64,000 nt of DNA from an uncultured bacterium (GTDB lineage: Bacteria > Patescibacteriota > Minisyncoccia > Phycocordibacterales > PALSA-1337): positions 14,663-78,662 of the forward strand of contig CAWKMY010000006.1 of the NCBI GenBank assembly GCA_963851055.1, read 5' to 3'. Every line of letters begins with the position of its first letter. Position 1 is the first letter of the stretch. The notes under the pieces were generated by a model that was given only the letters and a program-made list of their open reading frames with translations, did not search any database and had not been told where the DNA came from. Positions 29,190 to 40,656 of this stretch are shown one piece after another. A program made the position numbers and the translations under genes.

Positions 29190-30041
29190 TTAGAGTTTGG
29201 TTTTCTTCTTGCCAACCTGACGGCGAGAGACGATGAAAATATTCGAGTATTTCTTTGGAGTCCTGGTCTTCTGACCCTTACCTGCTGGCTTACCCCAGCG
29301 AGTCTTGAGTCGGCGTAGACCGCGACCAGAGCGCTGTTCACCTCCGCCATATGGGTGATCTACTGGGTTCTGGGCGGAGCCACGAACTGTAGGACGTATA
29401 CCCATCCAACGGGTACGACCTGCTTTGCCGATATTAACCAGACGACTCTCTTCATTGGAAACGGCGCCGATAGTGGCCCAAGCATCTTCGTGGACTTTGC
29501 GTACTTCGCTGGAAGGCATCTTTATGTGCGTATAGCTCTGGTCATTAGCGACTACTTGACCGAATGAACCGGCGGAACGAACTAGTTTAGCTCCTGAACC
29601 TGGCTTGATCTCTATATTGAAAATGAATGTGCCGACAGGGATCTTCTTCAAAGGCAGGCGATTGCCCGTCTCTATAGGAGCGTGCTCGGATACCATAAAT
29701 GAGTTACCGACTTTCATCGTCTTTGGCAAAAGCACATAGCGCTTTGTGCCGTCCTTGTATGCCACGAGGCCGATGTAGCCAGTACGGAAAGGATCGTACT
29801 CTATGGTTTTGACCGTAGCTATGATGTCTTTCTTGTCATAATTGAAATCTATCTCACGGTAGAGCTTGGCATGACCTCCTCCCTTGTGGCGAACAGTGAT
29901 ACGACCAAAGGCATTGCGTCCCATGTCGCGCTTCCAACCATGAGTCAGAGGCTTGTAAGGCTCTGAAGCGGTCAGATATTGCTTGAACGGCAATACTGTC
30001 ATGTGGCGGCGAGATTTGGATGTTGGGCGGAATGATTTCAT
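29190..30041 (-). CDS. rplB: 50S ribosomal protein L2
   Basis: GRITVRHKGGG, EYDP, RPTVRGSAQNPVDHPYGGGE. Confidence 0.98.
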   Translation of the reverse strand: MKSFRPTSKSRRHMTVLPFKQYLTASEPYKPLTHGWKRDMGRNAFGRITVRHKGGGHAKLYREIDFNYDKKDIIATVKTIEYDPFRTGYIGLVAYKDGTKRYVLLPKTMKVGNSFMVSEHAPIETGNRLPLKKIPVGTFIFNIEIKPGSGAKLVRSAGSFGQVVANDQSYTHIKMPSSEVRKVHEDAWATIGAVSNEESRLVNIGKAGRTRWMGIRPTVRGSAQNPVDHPYGGGEQRSGRGLRRLKTRWGKPAGKGQKTRTPKKYSNIFIVSRRQVGKKKTKL

Positions 30042-30084
30042 GGAAGTAAATATGCAAATATACGAATGATGCTAATGATACGAA

Positions 30085-30585
30085 TTATACAAAGTCGATT
30101 TTGTCGCCCGCTTTCAGCGTGACCAACGCTTTGCGGAAACCAGCCACTCTACCCTTCTTGCCGCGGAGGAAGACCTTCTTTGCCGGAGCATTCATGACTG
30201 CGACTTTGACCGGGGTGACTTTGTATAGAGCCTTCACGGCCTTGGCGATAGAATGCTTGTTGGCTGAACGTCCGACTTCGAAAGTATAGACGCCAGTTTG
30301 GCTCAAAAGGCCTGATTTCTCTGTGATGCGAGGGCGGATGATAGAATCTGTGACACTAGAGAAAACACCGGCCGGCAATGCTGCACCTGACTTTGCGGCG
30401 GCGGCATCTTTGGTGACTAAAGCACGAGCGACCTTCTCCGGCTTAACTGATGAAGACCTTCTCGCGCCTTTCTGAGGAGTGCCACCTTTCTTTCCGGCTA
30501 CAGATGAGGCCTTAGCCAGATTGGCTTCCGCCTGAACATGGCTCTGTGCGTGCTTCTTATCTGTTCTAAATCCGAATAAAGGCAT
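30085..30585 (-). CDS. rplW: 50S ribosomal protein L23 with N-terminal extension
   Basis: RPRITEKS, YTFEV, RKALVTL; about 75 extra N-terminal residues. Confidence 0.92.
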   Translation of the reverse strand: MPLFGFRTDKKHAQSHVQAEANLAKASSVAGKKGGTPQKGARRSSSVKPEKVARALVTKDAAAAKSGAALPAGVFSSVTDSIIRPRITEKSGLLSQTGVYTFEVGRSANKHSIAKAVKALYKVTPVKVAVMNAPAKKVFLRGKKGRVAGFRKALVTLKAGDKIDFV

Positions 30586-30596
30586 GGTAGTTAAGG

Positions 30597-31280
30597 TTAT
30601 TTGGTGGTTTTAGCTGCACTCGGAGTCTTAGCTGAAAAAGCTTTCAACGATTGTTCTGGATTGGCGATGATCAGATACTTGTGATTCATGACCGAGACCG
30701 GATTTATATTGCGGAATTCCTCAACTGAAACATTACCAAGGTTACGGAAGCTCTTTTCGATGATGGTTGACTTGGAATCTGTAGCAATGATAGCGGTATT
30801 GACCTTTTTTGTGGCGAGTTTTTCATAGCCCTTAATTGTGGCCAATGAGGAAAGAATCGTCTTTGCGTCTTTTGCCTTTGGGGCGGACATATTCAAAGTA
30901 TCGACAAAGAGAATGTCGCCATCTTTGAACTTGCGTGACAATACAATGAAAAGCGCCTTGGAACGAACCTTCTTGTTGATCTTACGGGAATAATTCTGAT
31001 CATTCCTAGGACCATGAGCTATACCACCACCTACCCAGATAGGAGAACGTGTGGAACCGTGACGAGCGCGGCCAGTACCCTTCTGCTGCCAAGGCTTCTT
31101 ACCACCACCACGGACTTCTCCACGGGTCTTGGTATGAGCGACGTTATCGCGAGAGTTATTATTCATGAGACGAACGACTTCGTGGACCAAGTCAGCATTC
31201 CATGGCAGGCCGAATACTCCTTCAGGGAGTTTCATCTTCCCTGTTTCTTTGCCTGATTGATTGTAGATTTTTGTTTCCAT
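30597..31280 (-). CDS. rplD: 50S ribosomal protein L4
   Basis: TKTRGEVRGGGKKPWQQKGTGRARHGS. Confidence 0.98.
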   Translation of the reverse strand: METKIYNQSGKETGKMKLPEGVFGLPWNADLVHEVVRLMNNNSRDNVAHTKTRGEVRGGGKKPWQQKGTGRARHGSTRSPIWVGGGIAHGPRNDQNYSRKINKKVRSKALFIVLSRKFKDGDILFVDTLNMSAPKAKDAKTILSSLATIKGYEKLATKKVNTAIIATDSKSTIIEKSFRNLGNVSVEEFRNINPVSVMNHKYLIIANPEQSLKAFSAKTPSAAKTTK

Positions 31281-31304
31281 TTTATTGAATCAAATTTCGC
31301 CCTA

Positions 31305-31929
31305 TTAGCCGACGATCTCGACAAGCGTTCCGCGGCGTCCCGGGATAGCTCCGGCAACATACAGGATATTCTCTTCTGGGTCAACGTGAGCGATCTTCAG
31401 ATTCTTTACGGTGATGCGATCCGATCCCATGCGTCCAGCCATGCGCATACCTGTCGGTACGCGGTTACGCAAACCTCCGCCGATGGAACCTGGCTCGCGC
31501 TCGCTGTGCTTCTGGCCGTGAGAACGAGGACCTCCGTGGAAACCATGGCGCTTGACCACACCCTGAAAGCCTTTACCTTTTGAAACAGCCGAGACAACGA
31601 CAACGTCACCAGCTTTGAATTGTGAGAGCTCTACTTTGTCGCCGATCTTTAAGAGCAGGGGCTATCTGACCCGGAGTCTGGTCCGTTCGAAATTCAGATA
31701 AAGCGGCAAAATTACCAAGATCTTTGAAATGGCCTTTTTGAGCCTTATTTATCTTATTGGCATTGCGCTCACCTTCTCCTACCTGAACAGCTTCATAGCC
31801 GTCATTTTCCTTTGTCCTCAATTGGGTGACAATATTACCACGGGCGACAACCAGAGTAACTGGAATAGCCGCGCCTGAGGCATCGTAGATTTGGGACATG
31901 TTTAACTTTCTTCCAAGAATAAATTTCAT
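31305..31929 (-). CDS. rplC: 50S ribosomal protein L3 (apparent frameshift near 31650)
   Basis: DGYEAVQ, SKGKGFQGVVKRHGF, RMAGRMG; removing one A from CTTAAAGATC joins the two ORFs. Confidence 0.95.
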
Positions 31930-31951
31930 GGCGGTAAGCGGTCGTATTGGG

Positions 31952-32350
31952 CTACATCATCTTTACGTCTATATTGACGCCAGATGGCAGACTCATATTG
32001 GTAAGGGCTTCTATAACTTTCGGATTTGGATTGATGATATCGATCAAACGCTTGTGCACTCTCATCTCGAACTGCTCACGGCTATTCTTGTCGATGAAAG
32101 AAGAACGATTGACTGTGTACTTCTTTATCTCCGTCGGCAACGGCACCGGACCGAGGATCTCTACGTCGTACCTAGACGCAGTATCCATGATCTGACGAAG
32201 GCTAGCGTCGAGAATCTTGTGCTCATAAGCACGGACGCGAATGCGGAGGTGTGGCAGGGCGCCCTCAACCTTGGCCTTCTTTGCGCGAGCAACCTTGGCG
32301 GCCGGCTTTGCGTGAGTCTCTTTTTTAACTGTTTCTTTGTGAGGAGCCAT
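31952..32350 (-). CDS. rpsJ: 30S ribosomal protein S10
   Basis: LRIRVRAYEH, GPVPLPT, SREQFEMRVHKRLIDI. Confidence 0.97.
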   Translation of the reverse strand: MAPHKETVKKETHAKPAAKVARAKKAKVEGALPHLRIRVRAYEHKILDASLRQIMDTASRYDVEILGPVPLPTEIKKYTVNRSSFIDKNSREQFEMRVHKRLIDIINPNPKVIEALTNMSLPSGVNIDVKMM

Positions 32351-32383
32351 TTTAATATTGCGTGCTTTATTCGTCGATTCGCA

Positions 32384-33571
32384 TTAAGCAATGATCTTGG
32401 TAACAACTCCGGCACCGACGGTCTTGCCACCCTCGCGGACGGCGAAACGCATCTTCTCTTCGAGAGCTACTGGGGCTACGAGCTTGACCTTGAAGGTCAC
32501 GGTGTCACCTGGCATGACCATCTCCACCTTCTCGGCGAGGGTCACTTCTCCAGTAACGTCAGTAGTACGGATATAGAATTGAGGCTTGTAACCTGTGAAG
32601 AATGGAGTGTGGCGACCGCCTTCTTCCTTCTTCAAAACGTAAACCTCTGACTCGAATTCTGTGTGAGGCTTGACGGAACCCGGCTTGGCCAAAACCTGAC
32701 CGCGGGAAACGTCATCCTTGGCTGTACCACGGAGCAATACTCCGGCATTGTCTCCAGCCATACCTTCCTTGAGAGACTTGTTGAACATTTCGATACCTGT
32801 CACAACTGTCTTCACCGTGTCGCGGAAACCGACGATCTCGACTTCCTCACCAACTTTGATGATGCCGCGATCGATCTTGCCTGTGACGACTGTGCCACGA
32901 CCTTCGATCGAGAAGATGTCTTCTATAGGCATGAGGAAAGGCTTGGCTGTATCGCGTACAGGCTCAGGAATATAGGTATCCAAGGCTGTCATGAGAGCAT
33001 CGATAGACTTTGACCATTCTGCGTCTCCGGCGAGAGCGAGAGAAGCTGAACCGCGGATAACCGGGACATTCTTGCCATCGAACTGGTTCTTGGTCAGAAG
33101 TTCGCGAACTTCCTCTTCAACGAGGTCGATAAGGTCTTTCTCAGGAACGAGGTCACACTTGTTGAGGAAAACAACGATCTTCGGCACACCGACTTGGCGG
33201 GCGAGAAGAACGTGCTCACGAGTCTGAGGCATGACGCCGTCAGTGGCGGATACGACGAGGATAGCTCCGTCCATCTGGGCGGCGCCTGTGATCATATTCT
33301 TGATGAAGTCAGCGTGGCCTGGACAGTCGATGTGAGCGTAGTGACGAGTAGGTGTCTCGTACTCTACGTGCGAGAGAGAGATGGTGACGGTCTTTGTTGC
33401 ATCGCGGACTGTACCACCCTTGGTGATATCTGCGTAAGCCTTTATATTGGCCAATCCTTTCTTGGACTGAACCGCGAGGATAGCGGCGGTCAAAGTAGAC
33501 TTGCCGTGGTCGATGTGACCGATGGTGCCGACGTTAACGTGCGGCTTTGTGCGATTGAATTCTGCTGCCAT
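32384..33571 (-). CDS. tuf: Elongation factor Tu
   Basis: [37 protein letters not shown]. Confidence 0.98.
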   Translation of the reverse strand: MAAEFNRTKPHVNVGTIGHIDHGKSTLTAAILAVQSKKGLANIKAYADITKGGTVRDATKTVTISLSHVEYETPTRHYAHIDCPGHADFIKNMITGAAQMDGAILVVSATDGVMPQTREHVLLARQVGVPKIVVFLNKCDLVPEKDLIDLVEEEVRELLTKNQFDGKNVPVIRGSASLALAGDAEWSKSIDALMTALDTYIPEPVRDTAKPFLMPIEDIFSIEGRGTVVTGKIDRGIIKVGEEVEIVGFRDTVKTVVTGIEMFNKSLKEGMAGDNAGVLLRGTAKDDVSRGQVLAKPGSVKPHTEFESEVYVLKKEEGGRHTPFFTGYKPQFYIRTTDVTGEVTLAEKVEMVMPGDTVTFKVKLVAPVALEEKMRFAVREGGKTVGAGVVTKIIA

Positions 33572-33804
33572 ATTATTTGTTTAGTGCTTTGGCTTGTGGC
33601 GCGTGGTCCGCAGGTAAGCGGGCGAAGCGTCAAGAGCCAAAGATAATGTTGTTAATAGTTATTAAAACGCCTCCAATAGGAAAACAGAGGCGGATAGCGA
33701 AGAGCATAGCATATCTGGAAATACTGTCAAATTTCCGCCCGGTAAATAGAAAAACCGTCCGGGATTTCTCCGAACGGTTTCTCCTCAAGACTGACTTGAA
33801 ATAT

Positions 33805-36800
33805 CTAGTGAGAATTTAGGTACTGCTGTACTGCGTTCCAGACGGAAGCCGAGAGCGAAGTCTGAAAGTTATACGAGGTCGTCCCTACGCATGCCGAACC
33901 ATTCCATGTCTGACCGGCTACAGGACAAGTGTACTGAGCAGAGTTGAACAGAGACGAATCCCATATCCAGTTGGCTCCGGAAATGCGAGCCCAGCTTCTA
34001 TAGAGGTTATTTGACGGTATAACTAAGGTGGATCCTCCGGATGATTGTTCCGTACCATCGCTCGAGGCTATGATGCTCCCTCCCGAAGATATGGTGTAAT
34101 CAACTCCGGCTGGATTTCCCCACCATCCCCATTCTATGGACGGATTCGGAATGTTTGTAACCGTTATAGCTATAGTATTGCTACCTTGATTGACGGCAGA
34201 AGTGATGTCGTAAGTCTTAGGTGATGTGAAGTTAGTCGCATTCACATCTCCTGAAGCAACAGGGATACCATTCACAGACACGGAATATCCGTTATCAGCC
34301 GCTATAGACAGAGACACTGGGCTGGTTGTCGAAGTCAAATTGAATGTCTTGGTGAAGGTTATGACTTGCGGAGGAACGTTGGCGTAAGAGACTGGAGCCG
34401 ATGGAGGAGTCTGCGTCTGCGTTGAGCACGTGTAGCTAGGCGGACAATTCGAGGTGACACCGGTGCAAGTGTATCCTGAAGGACAAGTGGTCGTCTGACC
34501 AGGAGGAGTACAGACATAACCTGCAGGACAAGCAACAGGGGTAGCAGTCACATTCACCGTCGTTGTCGTCTGTGCGGACAAGCCTGCGCTGTCGGTCACC
34601 GAGAATGTAATCGTGTAATTCCCCGCTGAAGCGTATGAATGGGTGAACGTAGAATTCTGTACAACAAGGCTAGCGCTGTTCGCACATACATAACCGACAG
34701 GGCAGGCTGAACCATTATCTCCCCAATTGACCGAGTAACTCAACGAACCATTCTGCGGATCACTTGCATTGACCGCCCAAGTACCTGTCTGACCGACCGT
34801 GAGTGTCGTCGGGAACGTCCCGCCGGAGATGACCGGGGGTTGGGAAGTCGGCTGCTGTGTCGTGGTACAAACGTAACCATTGCAAGACGCCTGTGAGATA
34901 GAACTATTGTATAGAGCGGAATCCCATATCCAGCTAGCGCCAGGAATAGAAGTCCATGAATAGAGAATCTTGCTTTGCGGAATAACTATAGTCGATCCGC
35001 CGGAAGATTGTTCTGTGCCATCGCTCGAGGCCAGAGTCGCCCAGTTCTGAGTTACCTTGTAGTCCAGTCCGGCCGGATTGCTGGCCCAGATAGTGCCGGT
35101 AGTCGCTGGATTGACGATATTGTCCACCGTTATAGCCAAAGTGTTGCTTCCCTGATGGATAGCCGAAGTTATATCCACATTCTGCGGTGAATAGAAGTTC
35201 GTCTCTGAATTGTTCGTCGAGACATTCGTGCCATTCACGGAAACGGAGAATCTGTTATCAGCCGCGATGGCGAGAGTCACCGGACTGCCGGTCTGGTTCA
35301 CATTGAAGGTCTTGGTGAAGGTCACGACTTGATCATTCGGACCAACATTGAGAGCTGTTGAGACCGGGGTCGGAGTACGTGGTAGGCGTTTCGCTGTAAC
35401 ATGTATAACCAGTCGGGCAATTGCTTATACTGACTGGAGTGCAGACATAACCAGCAGGACAGCCTGATGAACCACCACCTGGAACTGAACATATGTAACC
35501 AGCAGGACAGACAGCTGAAGCGCCTCCATTAAACATCACCACAGCTTTCAAATTATCTAGACCAGAAGTGATGGAGTACGCATGAAGGTTAGTCGCACTG
35601 GTACCATAATCTATCGCCGTCATTTGAGCTATGTTGGCGCCATTTACGGTAGCCGCCGAACTACTAAGGGTACCGCTTAGATTTATCTGACGAGAAGAAC
35701 CTGGCGGAAGATACCAATAATTTTCATTATCTCCTGGCACTAGGGATGGAACCGCTCCGCTAGCGACAATGTTCGGTATGATATTTCCATTTCCTGAAGC
35801 AAAGTGTAGAGAGGAGTAGGTATTCTGCGCGACAGAAGTGCTTACGAATATCGGATTATTCCCCGCTATCAGAGTGAAAGAGAAAGTGACAGGCTGGACA
35901 CAAGAGACCATTGCATTATCACAAGTCTGAGAGCCAAGCGTCGACGAAGTATTACTGATTTGGACGCCGCTAGAGGCGGAAGAGAAGGTGATGGTGTTAC
36001 CGACTATAAGACTTTGCCCAGCAGATACATTATTATAGTTAGAATCGAGTGCCACAAGTGCGCTCGTAGGCAACTCAACTAATGCATTCGAGCTATTGAG
36101 ATTATGATTCGTATCTTGAGCCACGCTACCTAGGATCGTGATCGGCACAGAGACATCCGCGGGCAGGGGGATGTTGAAATTAGTGAACGATACGCTCTTG
36201 TTATCGCTAGCAATCGAAGTTTCAGCATACGTTCGACCGCCTGCTTTTATAAATAGATTAGTGAAGAAACTGGATATATTCGTATTTCCTCCGTTTACGA
36301 TCACGCCGATAGTAAGCGCTTGAAGCGTAGAAGGACTGCCTTGTGACTTCACATCAAACACCGCGAGTGGCACATTTTGAGTCACTGCTGAAGTCGAGAT
36401 CTGCACTGTGCTCGCAAGTGGCGAAGACGGATCGAGAGAAGCGGTTATTCCTGCGCCACCAATCGGTTGTGGATTGATTGGCTGAGGCTGGGCACAACTC
36501 TTATTCAAGGCCGCACGAGTCGCCGGACCAAAGAAGCCTGTAGCAGGTATGCCTACGCTAGCCTGATATTTTGCCACAGCGGCGGCTGTTTGATAACTAT
36601 ATACGCCCTTTTGCTGGCGACCGGAAGAGACGGCCGGAATGTCATAACCGTTGCCCATGAGCCATGTCTGTAGGGCAACGACGTCAGCACCTGTAGATCC
36701 AATAGTTAAGTTGTTACTGAATACATAGCAAGACGTCGAACCGGCTGATTGAACTTGGAAGCTGACCTGATTGCTGGCACCGGTATTTTCATTTTTGACT

Positions 36801-37678
36801 TGAATACTATGATAGCCATTTGTCAGAGACGGCGCGACAAATGTCATAGATGTACCGTCAGTCGATATACCAGTAGTCACATTGTACAAAACACTGTTAT
36901 CTATAAATATGACGGAATTCGTAAGCCGCTGACCCGATATCGTGAGTGTCTGTCCCGGGCTGACGATACTCGGCGTGACGGAAGTTATATAAGGAGAAAC
37001 TTCGCCGACGATGGTGACCGCATTGCTCTGATTCGTTGGAACACTGGCAAATACCGATGATCCATCAGTGCTTGGAGGCATTGAATCACCGTAAACACTC
37101 TGAAGGCTTGCCGTGTAGCTTCCAGCGAACATTTGCTTTGGATTGACACTAGCGGAAACACCAAAACTAGTAGTCTGTCCCGGTGCTACAACGAACACAT
37201 TCCTGCCATATGAATCGACACTGCTGCTTGCAAGGGAAGAATTAGACGGAGTAATGACTACTTGACCAGAGCCTTGGCTATGAGCCGATGAAATGAACTG
37301 TACGGCGGCTCCATTCTGATATATTTCAATACCTTGAGTATTACCATGAACTGTAAATGATCCCGTAAGGGTAAGAGCAGCTTCGCCATGTTGGGAATCA
37401 TAAGTAAGCGCCAAAGAAGGTGTTCCGTTTATCGTAACCGTGGCATCTGTAGTCGGAGCTACAACACCCCCGCCGCCACCTGAAGAACCTCCGCCTGAAT
37501 TATTAGGCGTACAAACATATCCTACTGGACAATTAGTGACCGGAGTTATTGGCGTACATGTATATCCAGCCGGACAAGCTACCGTCTGCGCCTCTGCCGC
37601 AGGAGCTGGCATAAAAGCGACTAAGGCGAGAGAGAATGCTACAACCGGAACGATAACCGAAAACATGGCTCTTTTCAT
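33805..37678 (-). CDS. Large secreted surface protein (~1290 aa; split by a 1-nt frameshift near 35377)
   Basis: Signal peptide, CPAGYxCTP repeats, IPT/Ig-like region, peptidoglycan-binding-like segment (GADVVALQ..TGFFGPATRA), PKD-like VNWGD..HSY and two duplicated beta-sandwich units. Confidence 0.8.
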
Positions 37679-37924
37679 GGTTTTATGTGATTACGAACTA
37701 ATTAATAGATAATGGACGACATCCAAATACTTGCTCAAGTATACCCCCCCCCGACGAATTTGCACAATATAAGTTGTGAACAGTCGAGATGCAAGGAGAA
37801 AGCGACGCTCGCCGTCTGGCAAGCATCGCTTGGGTAGTGGAAACATTATAGCGCGTCACAAATTGCATGCAAAGAGGTTATCCACATGTTAAAGTGAAAC
37901 CGTGCACGCAGACATTTACCTAAA

Positions 37925-38779
37925 ATGAGGAAAGTTTTTAAAGTTCTAATATACATATTTGCCGTAATCGGCTTTGTACTGGTCATCGTCTATGCGGCTC
38001 TAGAGCTTGGCCTAACCAAAACAGCCGGTATCATCGATGCTCAACATGATTATTTCAAAAACCAATTGAGCAACGCCACAAATACAGATTCTTCCGGTAT
38101 CAATTCATTTAATAGCGATGCCTGGGCTCAAGGTGAAGAGTGGACCGTGCTCAAAGAAGCTATCGCAACTGATACAAAAAGCATAAATATGGCAGCTCAA
38201 CTCTCCGGCGTGCCAGCTAGAATGATCACTTCCCTACTCATCGTCGAACAGCTACGACTTTTCCATTCGGATCGTGAATTATTCAAAGAAGTTTTCGCCC
38301 CACTCAAGATATTGGCTGTTCAAAGCCAATTTTCTTGGGGTGTCATGGGTGTGAAGCAAGATACTGCGCGGCAAATAGAAAACAACCTAAAGGATCCGAG
38401 CTCGCCATGGTATTTGGGACCTGAATATAGCCATTTATTGGACTTTGCTACTTCAACGGCTACTTCGACTCTGCCGAATCAGGATACCCAGCGTTTCAAT
38501 CGTCTGACGGATGAGCATAACCGATATTATTCTTACTTATATGCTGGATTATTCGTCAAAGAGATCGAGGCTCAATGGCAGAAAGCCGGCTTTCCTATAG
38601 CTGATAGGCCGGACATCATCGCCACCCTCTATGACATCGGTTTTGGTAATTCCCACCCCAATGCCAATCCTCTTTCTGGTGGCGCGGAGATAGATGTTGG
38701 CACGACTACTTATAGTTTTGGCACTCTGGCAAATAGCTTTTACCAGTCAAATGAGATGACTGACATATTCCTGAAATAA
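37925..38779 (+). CDS. Membrane-anchored hypothetical protein, possibly lysozyme-like
   Basis: N-terminal TM; IVEQ, SWGVMGVK, ATLYDIG. Confidence 0.6.
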   Translation: MRKVFKVLIYIFAVIGFVLVIVYAALELGLTKTAGIIDAQHDYFKNQLSNATNTDSSGINSFNSDAWAQGEEWTVLKEAIATDTKSINMAAQLSGVPARMITSLLIVEQLRLFHSDRELFKEVFAPLKILAVQSQFSWGVMGVKQDTARQIENNLKDPSSPWYLGPEYSHLLDFATSTATSTLPNQDTQRFNRLTDEHNRYYSYLYAGLFVKEIEAQWQKAGFPIADRPDIIATLYDIGFGNSHPNANPLSGGAEIDVGTTTYSFGTLANSFYQSNEMTDIFLK

Positions 38780-38854
38780 GGTGGATTACGGAGTTTGACT
38801 TCCCAACGGCAAGGTGTAGATTTATCTTGGCGGTAAAACAAAATATCCATAGTT

Positions 38855-39364
38855 ATGAGCGTAACATCATTGAAAAGTGAGGATGCCACCCAGACGGGTG
38901 TCATGAGAACAAACATCATCCGCGTCGAAGCCGAGGAAATTCTCCGGTTGCGGCATCAAGGATTGAGAACGAACCGGCCCATAGATGTGGCGAGATTCGA
39001 AGGCGACCACGCCAAATCATCGTGGCACTTGGCGGCCGTCCCCGTTGATGAAAACGGTTGGAAAATACTCGGCAGCGACGTCATAGGCTGCGCCAGTTTC
39101 ATTGCGGGCAAACTGGAAGATCATAGCACCTGGCAGCTCCAAGGCTTGGTAGTCACCACCAGTTTCAGAAAAATGGGGTTGGGACGGAATTTGCTGGCCT
39201 ATGCCGAAAGCCATATCCCAACGGATACCGGTATCCACTTGTTCTTGTGCGACGCCCCATTGGAGACGGTCAGATTCTTCGAGAAGTGTGGCTGGATGGT
39301 CATTTCCGACCAAATAGACGTGCAGGACTTCGGCGCCTGTCGGAAAATGGTCAGGCAGTTGTGA
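38855..39364 (+). CDS. GNAT family acetyltransferase
   Basis: LRHQGLR, FRKMGLGRNLL, FFEKCGW. Confidence 0.85.
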   Translation: MSVTSLKSEDATQTGVMRTNIIRVEAEEILRLRHQGLRTNRPIDVARFEGDHAKSSWHLAAVPVDENGWKILGSDVIGCASFIAGKLEDHSTWQLQGLVVTTSFRKMGLGRNLLAYAESHIPTDTGIHLFLCDAPLETVRFFEKCGWMVISDQIDVQDFGACRKMVRQL

Positions 39365-39838
39365 TACCATGTGAATCTATCGAGCCGCGGGAATGATCCT
39401 GCGGCTTTTTTAATTAAAACATTTAGAGCTAATAAAAAGCCGGACGTGAGTCCAGCTATTACGGCAATCCGGGGCATCAATCTTCTTCGACCTTGGTTTT
39501 GGGCGCAAATCTTTGCGGCACCCACGCCTCATCCCTCGACGATGTGGGCTCTCCTCGAGGAAATAAGGCCCTAAGGACTCGTTTTTGGTCCCGACGATCA
39601 AGGGTTTCTTCGATCACTCTTTTCGCCTTCATTGCATCCGTCTGGACTACCGGGCCCTTTTTGAGAGCCTCAGCGTCAGACTTCTTGTTTATGACATTCA
39701 AGGTAACCTCTGGTGTTAATTTGTTCATGACAAGCGTAATACTCAATCTAGAAAAAATCAAGATGGAACTATTTCATTGCCTCACTTTCAATTGACACAA
39801 TTCCAACATAGAAGTAGTCTGACCACGGATGGTAAACA

Positions 39839-40585
39839 ATGAAACTAAAGAAACTTATGAAAAAACCAAATGAAATCGCTGAGCAGAACTTTGCCAAATT
39901 ACGCAGTAACATCTATCCCGGCCGCGGCATCATCGTCGGCGTTGATGAGACGGGACAAAACATGGTCCAAGTCTATTTCCTCATGGGCAGGAGCGAAAAT
40001 AGCCGGAACCGCATTCTGAGTTCCGAAGGGGGACGCCTATTCACCGAAGCAGCTGACCCAGCCAAGGTGAAGGACCCGAGCCTGATCATCTATAATGCCA
40101 TGCGCGACGATGGAAAAAACTTCGTCGTGAGCAATGGCCATCAGACCAATGCCGTCATGACGAGTCTCCAGTGTGGAGGATCTCTTGCCCTGGGATTGGA
40201 AGCATACGAATATGAGCCCGATGCTCCAAACTACACACCGCGCATCACAGCCGTTTGCTGGCCGCGTGGTTCCATGATTGCTGAGGTGTCCATATTGAAG
40301 AAGTCGTCTGACACCCCTCCCTGCAATCGTTTCTATTACGGGTATGCAACGATTTCTCCTGGGTTCGGCTACTGCGTCACCACATACGATGGAGACGGCG
40401 ACCCATTACCATCGTTCACCGGAGGGCCATTCACAATGCCGCTCAATGGCGATGCCAAAATGGTAGCGGAAACTTATTGGGCTGCCCTAAACACGGATAA
40501 CCGGATCTCATTAGCAGTCAAATGGATTCCGAGGGGAAACGTGGAGTCAACGGTCCACGTCATCAACCGGTTCAGCAAGGCCTAA
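39839..40585 (+). CDS. IMP cyclohydrolase-like (PurO-type Ntn hydrolase)
   Basis: YPGRGI, YFLMGRSENSRNR, SLIIYN, VSNGHQT, YEPDAPNYTPRI. Confidence 0.85.
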   Translation: MKLKKLMKKPNEIAEQNFAKLRSNIYPGRGIIVGVDETGQNMVQVYFLMGRSENSRNRILSSEGGRLFTEAADPAKVKDPSLIIYNAMRDDGKNFVVSNGHQTNAVMTSLQCGGSLALGLEAYEYEPDAPNYTPRITAVCWPRGSMIAEVSILKKSSDTPPCNRFYYGYATISPGFGYCVTTYDGDGDPLPSFTGGPFTMPLNGDAKMVAETYWAALNTDNRISLAVKWIPRGNVESTVHVINRFSKA

Positions 40586-40656
40586 ACCTCATCAATCACT
40601 CAAAACGCGCCAGCTTTCGCCGGCGCGCTTTTTTTATTCCCCAAAAATTATTTCTT

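Noticed and set aside
37878-37886. Perfect DnaA box TTATCCACA as oriC
   Set aside because: Single box; no cluster, AT-rich unwinding element or dnaA nearby.
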